The notes under the pieces are model-generated. The model had not been told where the DNA came from. It searched no databases and saw only the letters and a list, made by a program, of their open reading frames with translations. The position numbers and the translations under genes are program-made. Shown here piece after piece: positions 55,284 to 64,000 of a stretch of 64,000 nucleotides of DNA. The stretch is from a virus. Position 1 is the first letter of the stretch. Every line of letters starts with the position of its first letter. The stretch lies in IMG/VR virus record IMGVR_UViG_2799113103_000001, positions 3,854-67,853 of that record. One strand, written 5' to 3'.

Positions 55284-55870
55284 CAGCTCTCCTCGGGTCG
55301 GGGTTCGTCGGTGTAGCGGACCTCGGCCTTTGTGTGCCACTGGGACATCACCATTGGGCCTTCGCCGTCGCGGCGGGCCGCGAGGCCGCGCACGTCCGGC
55401 GGCCGGAGCCGGTCTGCGCTGTAATCGCCTGGCTGGAGGTCGCGTTCGGCGTCATCGGGCGCCTTCACATCCACCCAGGTGCAGGCGTTCGGGTAGACGC
55501 CTTCCAGGTTGGTGAACCGGCGCTTCTTGATAAGGGGCTCAGCGGAACGCCGGAACCCGTACAGGGCAGCGGTCCACGCGATAGCCATCGGCGTGGACTG
55601 GGTCACCTGGTCGTCGCTGCCGGCCATGAGAATGTTCAGGTCGTGGGTCCGGCCGTTCTGATCAACCGGGTACTCCATGACCTCCAACAGCTCCAGGTAG
55701 GCGCGCTGAATATCGCGCATCGCGGCCACTCGCTGCGCCTTCTCCAAGTCGAGCCCGGCGTCGAGCCCAATCTGTATGTCCGCCGGGATATCCCATGCCT
55801 CGCATTCGTCGGCTTCCGCGCAGACAGCTTGGTCGCGGGCGGACATCTGGAGGGTGTGCTGATCGGTCAA
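55283..55870 (-). CDS. minor tail protein about 195 aa (TTG start)
   Basis: TTGA overlap. Confidence 0.4.
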   Translation of the reverse strand: MTDQHTLQMSARDQAVCAEADECEAWDIPADIQIGLDAGLDLEKAQRVAAMRDIQRAYLELLEVMEYPVDQNGRTHDLNILMAGSDDQVTQSTPMAIAWTAALYGFRRSAEPLIKKRRFTNLEGVYPNACTWVDVKAPDDAERDLQPGDYSADRLRPPDVRGLAARRDGEGPMVMSQWHTKAEVRYTDEPRPEES

Positions 55871-57687
55871 AAGATGGTCCCTTCGCCGAGGAAGTGGGAC
55901 AGGGTTGTCCAAACGGCCTGCAACGCACGAAGACCCCGCGCTGCGGGGTCTTCTTTGTCGTTGTCGTCGCCGATCGCGAGGGACACAGTTACCGGGTCTT
56001 GGCGGGACCACGTCCGCTTTATCGCGGTGATCTGGTCCGTGAAGATGATTCCGTGCTGCTCGAACCCGGCCCGGTCACCGAGCCCAACGTCTACGTCGAT
56101 GGCGTGGGGTCGTCCATTGACCACCTTGACCGTGAAGCCTTGCCAGGCACGGGTTTTGTAGTGGCCTACGCGGAGCGTCACGACACCGGAGAGGGTGTAG
56201 GCGGTGCCGCCGCCCTTCTCGAAATGCTCCTGCCAGGCCATGTCACCGGCCCATAAAGCTCGAGTTGGATCGGTGAACCGCATCCACGCCAGCAAAGTAT
56301 TGTCCAGCTGGCCTTGGTACAGGTTGTCCAGGCCTTCTGTGCCTTGAGCTTGGCCGTAGAACGCGATGGTCTGGGCTAGTTGCGATAGGGCATAGCGGAT
56401 AGCAAACGTCTGGGCTTGGTTGACGATCGCGGGCGACCGCGAGCCCGTCATGATCGTCTTGACCGGCCCCTTGTGCTGTCTTCGCTCGGACTCGATGATC
56501 CCGCTGAATTGGCCGTCGTACCAGATTGTCTTGGGCTTCTCAGGGGCGACGCCAAAGAGCTTGCGGAACAGAGGATCTGTTTCGCCGTCCTGGTTCTCGT
56601 CCAGGTTGATCAGCGTCTCCGTGATCATGTCGTCCAACGTGGCGCCGATGAGGTTGATGACGCCGTCTACGGCGGTGCCTGTCGGGCCGGTGACGCCGGA
56701 CTTGTCCTCGATGGCGAAGACGATGCAGTTCCGGTGAGGGCGGGTGGCCTGGTCTACGAAGTCCTCGGCGACGGTTCCCCGGGCGATGTCCACGAGTTCG
56801 GTGTGCGGGGAGTCTTCGTCCTCTTCCAGCCATGTGTAGGCACGGAATCCGCAGCCCGCGTCCTTGAGCATGTCGTCCATTGCGGAGTGCCAGTCGGTCC
56901 ACGCGGAGCCGATGACGGAGAGCCTGGATTGGTCAAGCAGGGGGTTGACGAACGCGACTTGCAGCGGCCACGACAGCGGGTCCAGTCCGGTGAGTCCGCC
57001 GTTGAGCCATGAGAACGGGTTGAAGATGTTGGTCGGGATCGACAGCAGCGGGAAGAACAGTCGCGCCAGGTTGATGAACATGGAGGCGGAGAGGATGGTG
57101 CGGGTGTTGCCCGGAAGCACCCACATCTTGGGCAGCTGGACCTCGGGTGGGAAGATCGGATTCGCTGCGAACAGAAGGTTTTTCGCGTGCTGCCGGTTGC
57201 TGATGGCCTCCAGCTCAAGCGTGTGAATGCCGGAGCTGTCGCGCTTGGCGTTGATCCCGGTGATCTTCCCGCCCCATCGGGTTCGCCATGTTGGTGCTGT
57301 CGGGTTGGGGTCCACGACCAGGTGGAGGTCTTCGTGGATCTTCGTCTGGTGGAGGATGAAGTCGGTCAGCCAGTTCTCGTACCGGAGAACAACATTGGCT
57401 TGGCCGGAGTCGGACCACATCTCCTCCACTGAGGCCATCCGCTCGCCCGCGATCTGCGCGACCGGCTTCATGTTCTTGTCGAACAGGCGGAGCATCGGGC
57501 GCTGCCGGGCGGAGGCCTCGATGATGTCGCGGCGGCCCTTTACGTACCGGAACTGCGACATGGGGTCGCTGGGGTCCGGCTTCTCCTTCTCAGCGATGAC
57601 CCGTTTGAACTGGTCGTTCATCCAGCGGGTGAACTCCAGCGGCGCCGTTACCAGTCCGGTATCGACGCCGTCGAGGAGGCTGCTCAC
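55867..57687 (-). CDS. minor tail protein 606 aa
   Basis: size; position. Confidence 0.55.
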   Translation of the reverse strand: MSSLLDGVDTGLVTAPLEFTRWMNDQFKRVIAEKEKPDPSDPMSQFRYVKGRRDIIEASARQRPMLRLFDKNMKPVAQIAGERMASVEEMWSDSGQANVVLRYENWLTDFILHQTKIHEDLHLVVDPNPTAPTWRTRWGGKITGINAKRDSSGIHTLELEAISNRQHAKNLLFAANPIFPPEVQLPKMWVLPGNTRTILSASMFINLARLFFPLLSIPTNIFNPFSWLNGGLTGLDPLSWPLQVAFVNPLLDQSRLSVIGSAWTDWHSAMDDMLKDAGCGFRAYTWLEEDEDSPHTELVDIARGTVAEDFVDQATRPHRNCIVFAIEDKSGVTGPTGTAVDGVINLIGATLDDMITETLINLDENQDGETDPLFRKLFGVAPEKPKTIWYDGQFSGIIESERRQHKGPVKTIMTGSRSPAIVNQAQTFAIRYALSQLAQTIAFYGQAQGTEGLDNLYQGQLDNTLLAWMRFTDPTRALWAGDMAWQEHFEKGGGTAYTLSGVVTLRVGHYKTRAWQGFTVKVVNGRPHAIDVDVGLGDRAGFEQHGIIFTDQITAIKRTWSRQDPVTVSLAIGDDNDKEDPAARGLRALQAVWTTLSHFLGEGTIF

Positions 57688-58701
57688 CTAGCGTGACCTC
57701 TTATAGCGTTGTGGCAGCAGGACAGTGATCTTGGCGTTGGGGTCGGAATGCTTGACGCGGATGTGCGCGACGGTCTTCGGGGCGATGGCCGCCATGAACC
57801 GCTTGTCGAACCGCTTCCACACCGGCTCACCGCTGGCCGCGAGGTCATGCAGGAAGAAGTCGAGGATCTTGGACTGGCGGGCGATCTTGTAGAAGATGTT
57901 GTCTACCGGGTCATTTGATGCTGTGAGCGTCCGCTGGGTGGGGTCGGTATCTACGAGCACGTAGCCGTCTTGCGGTGTGATGAGTGGCAGCTCCACCATG
58001 CGGCCGGTGTCGCCGTCTTCCACCCATGCCTTGCCGGGAGGAATGATGAACTGCGTGAACGACTTCAACTCGCCCCGGTTGGCGAGGGCTACGGTGCCCT
58101 CACCCTTGCCGTCATACTGGGCGGCGTTGGCCGGGGTGTTCTGCCACGTAGACCACAGCGAGGGCTTGCTGTAGTACGGCTTCTGGGCGAGCCATGTCAG
58201 GTTCCAGGTAGCGAAGTTGTTGCCGAATGCTACGGGGTCACGCTTGACCGAGCCGGTTACGGTTTTAGCGGGCCGGACCCTGATCCAGCGCCAGCCGGAG
58301 AACCGGGTGTAGATACCGAGCCACCCATCGCGTTCTTCGTCTTGGCCTGCCCACCAGCGTGATTCGGCCATCCGGTACTGGTACTCGTTGAACGGGATGC
58401 CCTTCCCGCCGATCTTCACCCCGAGGTTGATCTCCCGCTTGAGGATGTTGACGCGCTCGACCGTGGTTCCGAGCTCGTAGGCGCCCTCGCTGAGTAGCAG
58501 CTCGAAAGGCCAGTGGTGCTCGCCCTCGATCTCCTCCGCGAGGTGTACGCCCTGCCGGCCAGCGAGGACACCGCCGTGCAGGTCGTAGCGGTACCCGTCC
58601 GGGGTGATGTAGATGACGCGGGTCTCCAACCCCTGCAAGCGGGGTGGCAGCTTCTCCCATACGTCGTAGGCCGCCATCTCTGCCTGCCGGATGAACCTCA
58701 C
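57688..58701 (-). CDS. minor tail protein about 337 aa (GTG start, GTGA overlap with the tape measure stop)
   Basis: overlap geometry. Confidence 0.5.
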   Translation of the reverse strand: MRFIRQAEMAAYDVWEKLPPRLQGLETRVIYITPDGYRYDLHGGVLAGRQGVHLAEEIEGEHHWPFELLLSEGAYELGTTVERVNILKREINLGVKIGGKGIPFNEYQYRMAESRWWAGQDEERDGWLGIYTRFSGWRWIRVRPAKTVTGSVKRDPVAFGNNFATWNLTWLAQKPYYSKPSLWSTWQNTPANAAQYDGKGEGTVALANRGELKSFTQFIIPPGKAWVEDGDTGRMVELPLITPQDGYVLVDTDPTQRTLTASNDPVDNIFYKIARQSKILDFFLHDLAASGEPVWKRFDKRFMAAIAPKTVAHIRVKHSDPNAKITVLLPQRYKRSR

Positions 58702-61700
58702 GGTCGCGGCAGTCCTGACGCGTAGGTGCGCGAGCGCGCGTTCTGCTCGGTGTGTATCTCGGATTTCAGTGCAGCGGGGTCCATTCCCACGTTCCCGGTG
58801 ATGTTGATCGACTGATCGACGCTCGGCGGTGCCTGTGTCTGGCTGTTGGGCAAGAAGTCGCTTACCTGCGGGAGCACTGACGCGATGGTGTCGCCAGCTG
58901 ACGAGATGCCTCCCCCGTCGCCGAAGTTCATGCCGCCGAGGCCGCCGTCTTCGCCGCCGAGTGGGCCTCCGGCGAGGCCTGGGAAGTTCCCCCGCTGCGG
59001 GCCGCCGAAGGCGTTCTTCGCCAAGCTGCCGAGGTAGTTCGCGCCTCCGGTGAAGAGCTTCCAGATGCCCCAATCCATTGGGTTGCTGAATATCTCGCCG
59101 TCGAAACCGAGGGCGTCCATGGCGCCGGAGAGCATGTCCTTCGCGAAGCTCTGTCCATCGGGTCCACTCCCCTTGCTTCCCTTGTTGGCGGTGAACTTGC
59201 CTCGCTGTGCTTCGCCGAGGTCGTCACGGGCATCCCCTGCTTCGCGACGTGCCTTTGCGGCGTCGTTCTTGGCCTTATCGACCGCGTTCTGGGCCTGCAT
59301 GACTTCCAGATCAGTTGCGGCGGCTGTGAGTTCCCGCTGCTTGGCTTCGGCCTCTTTGACGCGCAGATCGGCGTCTTTCACCCTCTGATCGGCGTCGGTG
59401 ACGCGCTCCTGCGCTTCCCGGACCTGCTTCGCATCCGGCCGGTAGTAGCCCGCCGTGCCGTCGTCGTCATAACCGGGGGTGGCGGGCATCCGCTGGTAGC
59501 CGTAGCCGCTGATTCCACCGCCACCACCTCCAAGACGGCTGTACGCGGCAGACGCGGCGCCACTCTTGGACTGGATCTCCGTCTTGTATGCCTGCCGGCC
59601 ACCGGAGTAGGCCGCCTCGGCTGAGGCTGCGCCGGGCGCCTGCTGGAGCCAGAAGATGTCCTTCCAGATGTCCTTGGATGAGCCTCCGCTACTGCGCTTT
59701 TCATCAAGGCGGTTGAAGAACTCCCCGATGTTCTTGTTGGGGTCGTCGCGGCCGATGTAGGAGGTGTCCTGCTGGAACACGCCGTGCCATGCGCCACCCC
59801 CACCAGAGGCTTTGGGGTTCAGGCCGGACTCTTGCATCGCGGTGGACAGCACCGCGACTGCTTCGTCTTGGCTGTACCCGCGACGTGTTGCCTCCCCGAG
59901 GATCGCCGAGGCAACGTCATCTGGGCTGGATTCCGGGGTCAGCTGACCGAGGCCTACGGACTGCTGCTGTTGCCGCCCCCCGCCCGGCATCTGCCCATAG
60001 CTGCCGATCTCGTGCAGGGCAGCCACATGGATGTGATCCCCGTGCTGCTTCATCGTGGATTCGCCGTAGATGCGGCGTGCAGCTTGGCCTTCGGCGTGTT
60101 CGCCGTTGACGTTGTACCAAACCTTTTGCGGGTCATCGAAGATGATTTGTGCGAGCTGGTCACGCATAGACCAGAGCGCATCCAGGTTCCGGCGGGACGG
60201 GTCAACGTCGATGGCCATGCCCTTGGGGTGGTAGCCGCCGTCTACTCCGTGATCGGTCTTGGCGCTGGTGAGTACCGCGCTCGGGTTGGATTCGCGCAGA
60301 GCCCGCAGGATGGACAGGTTTACCGTGCCGCCGCCCATCCGGTTGAGCTCATCCTGGGAGACGTTGTTGAAGCCGCCCTGGTCGAACACGCCGAGCATCT
60401 GGCCGGTCTTGGCCCAGATGTCGATGGAGCGCTTCCCGCCCCTTATGGGTATGAATGCCTCACCGCCTGTGGATGGTTCGGCCCACTGCACCAGCCCGGC
60501 GCCAGCGACCGGTGGCTGGAACATCGCGGTGCGGGGTAGCTTCCCGCCCGCGAACGACGCAACCGAATCCCACACGTCGTAGATGCCGCCCCTGGCTCGG
60601 GGGGCGGCTGGCGGCGGCAACATCAGGGTGCTCCAGTCGCCCGGCGGTGGTGAGGAGGCGGGGGCGGGTGCTGTGATGTTCTTCTTGAAGTTGTCCCAAT
60701 CCTCTTGTGCCTGCTTGGTATCTACGGTGACGGGGACTTCGAGCTTCTTGCCGCCTTGCTTCTGCCGCCACGCGTCGAGGGTCTTCTGGCCTTCTTCGGT
60801 GTTGGCGTTCACCTCGAACTTGCCGTCAGGCAGCTCCTTGACCTGGAGGCCGATCTTGGCGAGTTTCTCGGTGACCTCAGGGGCGTTCGAGTCGATGTAG
60901 ATGGTCGTCTTGTCGTCACCGAGGGATACCTTTGCCTTGCCGAGCTTTTCGGTGAACTTGAGTGCTTCGGCGGTCTGGTTACCGGCCTCATCGAGCTTCT
61001 TGTTCAGCTCGTCAGCGCCGCTGTTGGCGGCGTCCTTCCACTTCTTTGCCTTCTCGAACAGGCTGTCCGGTCCCGACTGCCAGGCAAAGAAGTCTTGCGC
61101 GCGTTTGAAATTCTGCTGTGCCTTGTCGTCGTTTCCGAGGACCTGGTCCCAGACGCCCCGCAGCTGCATCCATGTGCCGGCCACGTCGCCTGCGGCGGCG
61201 ATGATGTCGCCGACCGCTGTCATCATGTCGGCAGCGAAGATGATGACGTGCCGCCCGGCGTCTACCGCGCCCTCGGCGATGAGCGAGAAGAACTTCACGA
61301 GGTCGGATTGGTGCTCGCTCACCCAATCGCCGAGGCCACCAAGGGCTTCGTTCGTGAAGTCGAAAACCTCGCTGGAGAGAGGCTGCAAAGCGCCAGCGGC
61401 CTTGTTCTTGAGGATCTGCCACTGCTGCGCGAAGTCATCGGTGGCGTCCACGTCTTCCTGGATCGTGGTGCCGGTATGCGACAGCGCCTCATCGAGCTTC
61501 TTGACATCGAAGACTCCACGCCGGATTGCATCCACGAACTGCAACCCGCCTCGTCCACCAAATAGCTTGTTACCGAGGTTGATTGCTCCCGCCTCATCGC
61601 CTACGTCGATGAGGCGCTGAATCTCATTGGTGAGAGTGCGCAACGCCTCGGGTCCGCTCTGCCCCTTCTTGGCGAGGGTGCCGAGGCCCTTGGTGAGCGG

Positions 61701-63128
61701 AGCGATGATCTTCTCCGGCTCCATCCCGGCTTCCTCGAAGACGCCCATCATGGCCGTGGCCTTGCCGAGGTCCATCCCGAGTTGCCGCATGGCCGGGCCG
61801 CCCTTTGCAGCCAGCCCGATGAGTTCGTTGACGGGTATCTGTGTGGATTGAGAGGCGTTCTTGAATGAATTGAGCGCAGCTACTTGTTCTTTCGCGTCCT
61901 TGAGCGAGTACGCCTTGAAAACCTTGCCCAGCTGACGTACGTCGATGGGTTCCTCGGCGATGCGCGACAGGTTGGCGATATTCGTGGTGACCTCAACGAG
62001 ACCGTCACCGGTTTGCCCAAGCGCCTTGTTGACTTGAGCGGTCATCGAGCCGATTTCCCCAGTGGTAAGGGGTACTTGGCTTGCTATGTCCATCGTGGCC
62101 TGCTTGAGGCCTTCCAACGCCGGGCCAGTCTCACCGGTCTTGAGGCGCAGCCTGTCGAACACCTCGTCGTACGACTCGCCGAGGTCGTACAGCTGCTTCA
62201 TGGCGGCGGCAGCCCCGGCGCCCAACGCAGCGAGCCCAGCGCCCGCGACGGCGCCCGCCGCCGCGCCGAGAGCCACTGCCCCTGTCTCTGCGGTTCCCAG
62301 CGCCGCGCCGAGGCCTGTCGCACCGCTGCTCAGCCTGCCCAGCATCGCCCCAAGTACGTTGCCCCCCGCGCCAAGGCGATCAGCGGCAGAGCCCGCTCTG
62401 CCTAGCGCACCGCCCAACACATTCACTGCGGCGGCGGATTCGCGGTGTCCGGCCGTGCTGTCCTGTTGGGCCCGACGTTGGTCCCTGAGCGCGCGTGTCA
62501 GATTGTCGGCCGCGAGCACCTGCGCGCGGCGGGCGCGTTCGACTGATTCTTCGGCGGCCTTGCGTTGGCCGGCAGAGGCGCTGGACTTCTTGCGTACGTC
62601 CTCCAGCCGGGTTTCGGCTACGACAAGGCGCCCCGCAGCGTCGGCTTCGGCCTTCCGGGCAACCTGCACCTTTTTGGAGGCCGCCTCGACCTTTCTGAGG
62701 CCGGACTCGGCTCGCTTGGTGCCCTCATCGAGACCGGATGCGAGCTGCTGTCCCATGACCTTGCCCGAGCGGCCGAAACGCTTTTCAGCCTTGTCGGCGA
62801 TCTTCTCCACGCCCTCATCCAGATGAGAGGCCTCCGGCCAGAGTGAGACCAGGACGCGGGCCAGTTCGATAGTTTCGGTCACGGGTCTCCTCTCTTTTCG
62901 GGGCCGATCACTCGGCCTTGGGTCGGGGGTGTGCGGGCGTAGTTCTCGGCGCGTAGCCGCTCGAACTCCTCCAAGGTCATCGCGTCGAACGAATCGATGC
63001 GCCTTGGGTTTTGCTTCTGCACGGGCGGCTCTTCGGGCACGCCGGGGCGGGGCATCCGACGCTGGACCTCGATGAGCCCTTCGTTCTGCTCCATCTGGGT
63101 AGCGATGAGGTGGGCTTCCTTCGTCCAC
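58698..63128 (-). CDS. tape measure protein 1476 aa with embedded peptidoglycan-hydrolase-like motifs
   Basis: length; coiled-coil-rich N-terminal half; motifs AIDVD..HGDHIHVA and MQESGLNP..WHGVFQQ. Confidence 0.8.
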   Translation of the reverse strand: MDEGSPPHRYPDGAERRAHRGPASDAPPRRARRAARAEAKPKAHRFVRRDDLGGVRAATRRELRPHTPDPRPSDRPRKERRPVTETIELARVLVSLWPEASHLDEGVEKIADKAEKRFGRSGKVMGQQLASGLDEGTKRAESGLRKVEAASKKVQVARKAEADAAGRLVVAETRLEDVRKKSSASAGQRKAAEESVERARRAQVLAADNLTRALRDQRRAQQDSTAGHRESAAAVNVLGGALGRAGSAADRLGAGGNVLGAMLGRLSSGATGLGAALGTAETGAVALGAAAGAVAGAGLAALGAGAAAAMKQLYDLGESYDEVFDRLRLKTGETGPALEGLKQATMDIASQVPLTTGEIGSMTAQVNKALGQTGDGLVEVTTNIANLSRIAEEPIDVRQLGKVFKAYSLKDAKEQVAALNSFKNASQSTQIPVNELIGLAAKGGPAMRQLGMDLGKATAMMGVFEEAGMEPEKIIAPLTKGLGTLAKKGQSGPEALRTLTNEIQRLIDVGDEAGAINLGNKLFGGRGGLQFVDAIRRGVFDVKKLDEALSHTGTTIQEDVDATDDFAQQWQILKNKAAGALQPLSSEVFDFTNEALGGLGDWVSEHQSDLVKFFSLIAEGAVDAGRHVIIFAADMMTAVGDIIAAAGDVAGTWMQLRGVWDQVLGNDDKAQQNFKRAQDFFAWQSGPDSLFEKAKKWKDAANSGADELNKKLDEAGNQTAEALKFTEKLGKAKVSLGDDKTTIYIDSNAPEVTEKLAKIGLQVKELPDGKFEVNANTEEGQKTLDAWRQKQGGKKLEVPVTVDTKQAQEDWDNFKKNITAPAPASSPPPGDWSTLMLPPPAAPRARGGIYDVWDSVASFAGGKLPRTAMFQPPVAGAGLVQWAEPSTGGEAFIPIRGGKRSIDIWAKTGQMLGVFDQGGFNNVSQDELNRMGGGTVNLSILRALRESNPSAVLTSAKTDHGVDGGYHPKGMAIDVDPSRRNLDALWSMRDQLAQIIFDDPQKVWYNVNGEHAEGQAARRIYGESTMKQHGDHIHVAALHEIGSYGQMPGGGRQQQQSVGLGQLTPESSPDDVASAILGEATRRGYSQDEAVAVLSTAMQESGLNPKASGGGGAWHGVFQQDTSYIGRDDPNKNIGEFFNRLDEKRSSGGSSKDIWKDIFWLQQAPGAASAEAAYSGGRQAYKTEIQSKSGAASAAYSRLGGGGGGISGYGYQRMPATPGYDDDGTAGYYRPDAKQVREAQERVTDADQRVKDADLRVKEAEAKQRELTAAATDLEVMQAQNAVDKAKNDAAKARREAGDARDDLGEAQRGKFTANKGSKGSGPDGQSFAKDMLSGAMDALGFDGEIFSNPMDWGIWKLFTGGANYLGSLAKNAFGGPQRGNFPGLAGGPLGGEDGGLGGMNFGDGGGISSAGDTIASVLPQVSDFLPNSQTQAPPSVDQSINITGNVGMDPAALKSEIHTEQNARSRTYASGLPRP

Positions 63129-63331
63129 CCGCCGACTGCCAGAAACACGGAGCTATTCGCCGGGGGCGCAAGAACTATCGAGGCGAACTCATCCAGCGAG
63201 AGGTCTGTTCCGATGTCCTTGGCGCGGAATCCCAGGGCTAGAAGGTCGCGCTGAACCGCGTGCCAGTGATCACCGAACACACGGGTCAGCGCACCTATTT
63301 TTCCGCTGAGAGATTCGCCTCGGCGAACCAA
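62879..63331 (-). CDS. minus-1 frameshift extension of the tail assembly chaperone (G-T-like fusion); not an independent gene
   Basis: overlapping ORF in the minus-1 frame beginning inside the chaperone 3' end near GCGGAAAAATAGG. Confidence 0.45.
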   Translation of the reverse strand: MVRRGESLSGKIGALTRVFGDHWHAVQRDLLALGFRAKDIGTDLSLDEFASIVLAPPANSSVFLAVGGWTKEAHLIATQMEQNEGLIEVQRRMPRPGVPEEPPVQKQNPRRIDSFDAMTLEEFERLRAENYARTPPTQGRVIGPEKRGDP

Positions 63332-63687
63332 CCATCAAGGAACACACGGAACTCCTCCGGCGGCAGTTCAACGACGTTCCGCTGGATGGATTTCGGCACG
63401 TCGGCGTGATCCATCCAGATGAAAGGTTGGAAACGGGGCGCGGCGTTGTACAGCTCCCACCAGAACACGTTGTCCGGCGGTGTGATAGCTGTGATCTTCG
63501 GGAAGAGGATCACAACCCCTGCGGCGCTGGTGTATTCGTACAGCGGCGTCCCATCGGGGTACGGCGAGACCGTCTTCGGCTTCGGCGGGACAGCCCCCGC
63601 CGGAGCGGGGGCGTCCTCACCTGCGGCCGGAGCGGCGGCCTTGCGCGGCACTGCCTTCTTGGCGGGCGCCTTGCGTGCGGTGCTCAA
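63295..63687 (-). CDS. tail assembly chaperone (G-like) 130 aa
   Basis: position immediately upstream of the tape measure; PAKKAVPRKAAAP N-terminus. Confidence 0.55.
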   Translation of the reverse strand: MSTARKAPAKKAVPRKAAAPAAGEDAPAPAGAVPPKPKTVSPYPDGTPLYEYTSAAGVVILFPKITAITPPDNVFWWELYNAAPRFQPFIWMDHADVPKSIQRNVVELPPEEFRVFLDGWFAEANLSAEK

Positions 63688-64000
63688 ATGGTCACCACGC
63701 CGTCGTTCCAGTACTGGTAGCCGTGGTTCCCGTCAGTGTCGGGGAACGGCTTGAGCGTGCACTCGTAAGCGGCCAGCTCGGAGTGGACCCACTTGAGCGG
63801 GCCAACCGAGGTGATACGACCGATCGGGATGACCAGCCGCATCGAGATCAGGTTGTAGAACCCTTCGATCAGCCACGCTCCGGTGTCGAGGAGCTTCGAG
63901 TTCAGCTTCGCCGCTATCTCAGCACCACTCGTGGTGCTGGCCGGGGTCACGGTGACGTTGCCGCTTCCGTGCACAGCCTTCTGCACGTCAGCGTTCATCA
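63684..64000 (-). CDS. partial tail gene (3' end; likely major tail subunit) running off the window
   Basis: ORF reaches the window edge; ATGA overlap with the chaperone start. Confidence 0.4.
   Translation of the reverse strand, partial: MNADVQKAVHGSGNVTVTPASTTSGAEIAAKLNSKLLDTGAWLIEGFYNLISMRLVIPIGRITSVGPLKWVHSELAAYECTLKPFPDTDGNHGYQYWNDGVVTI

Noticed and set aside
62879-63331. Independent 150-aa gene starting MVRRGESL
   Set aside because: No RBS, and it overlaps the chaperone 3' end in the minus-1 frame. It fits the conserved G-T frameshift product of tail assembly chaperones.
1-64000. CRISPR array or IS element
   Set aside because: No direct-repeat/spacer periodicity. No transposase-sized ORF with inverted terminal repeats. 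The only repeat families are the Y-RNA units, the iterons at 23.1-23.3 kb and the 2-copy operator motif.

Overview
High-GC (about 65-67%) temperate actinobacteriophage or prophage DNA; the whole 64 kb window is phage and is presented in reverse orientation, so almost all genes are on the minus strand. Read right to left, the window holds these modules.

- 64.0-49.0 kb: a partial tail gene, a tail-assembly chaperone pair with a programmed frameshift, a 1476-aa tape measure protein, and minor tail genes.
- 48.9-46.0 kb: a lysis cassette of LysA, holin and LysB.
- 45.5-43.2 kb: small membrane proteins, an HTH gene and a DUF932-like gene.
- 43.2-39.7 kb, plus strand: tyrosine integrase, a DUF732 lipoprotein, and an immunity repressor that carries a tRNA-3'-end-like attP core inside its own ORF. 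This is the integration-dependent immunity architecture. A divergent cro-like gene sits next to the repressor.
- 39.7-0 kb: a block of translationally coupled minus-strand early genes.
  - 39.7-31.5 kb: ParB-like nuclease, DnaQ-like exonuclease, RecE/RecT-like pair, HNH and an SPFH protein.
  - 26.9-20.8 kb: Gp37/Gp68 protein, metallophosphoesterase, a DnaJ-domain protein, and a putative initiator whose gene contains iterons.

No DNA polymerase, terminase or capsid gene is present in the window.

The most unusual part is an accessory island at 8-15.3 kb. It holds a Ro60 (TROVE plus vWA) orthologue. Directly upstream of it are five tandem, diverged Y-RNA-like genes, three of which carry circularly permuted tRNA-like modules. 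Downstream in the same coupled operon is a Pol-beta-type nucleotidyltransferase. Abutting the island is a WXG100-headed polymorphic toxin (C-terminal PD-(D/E)xK-like nuclease) with its immunity gene.
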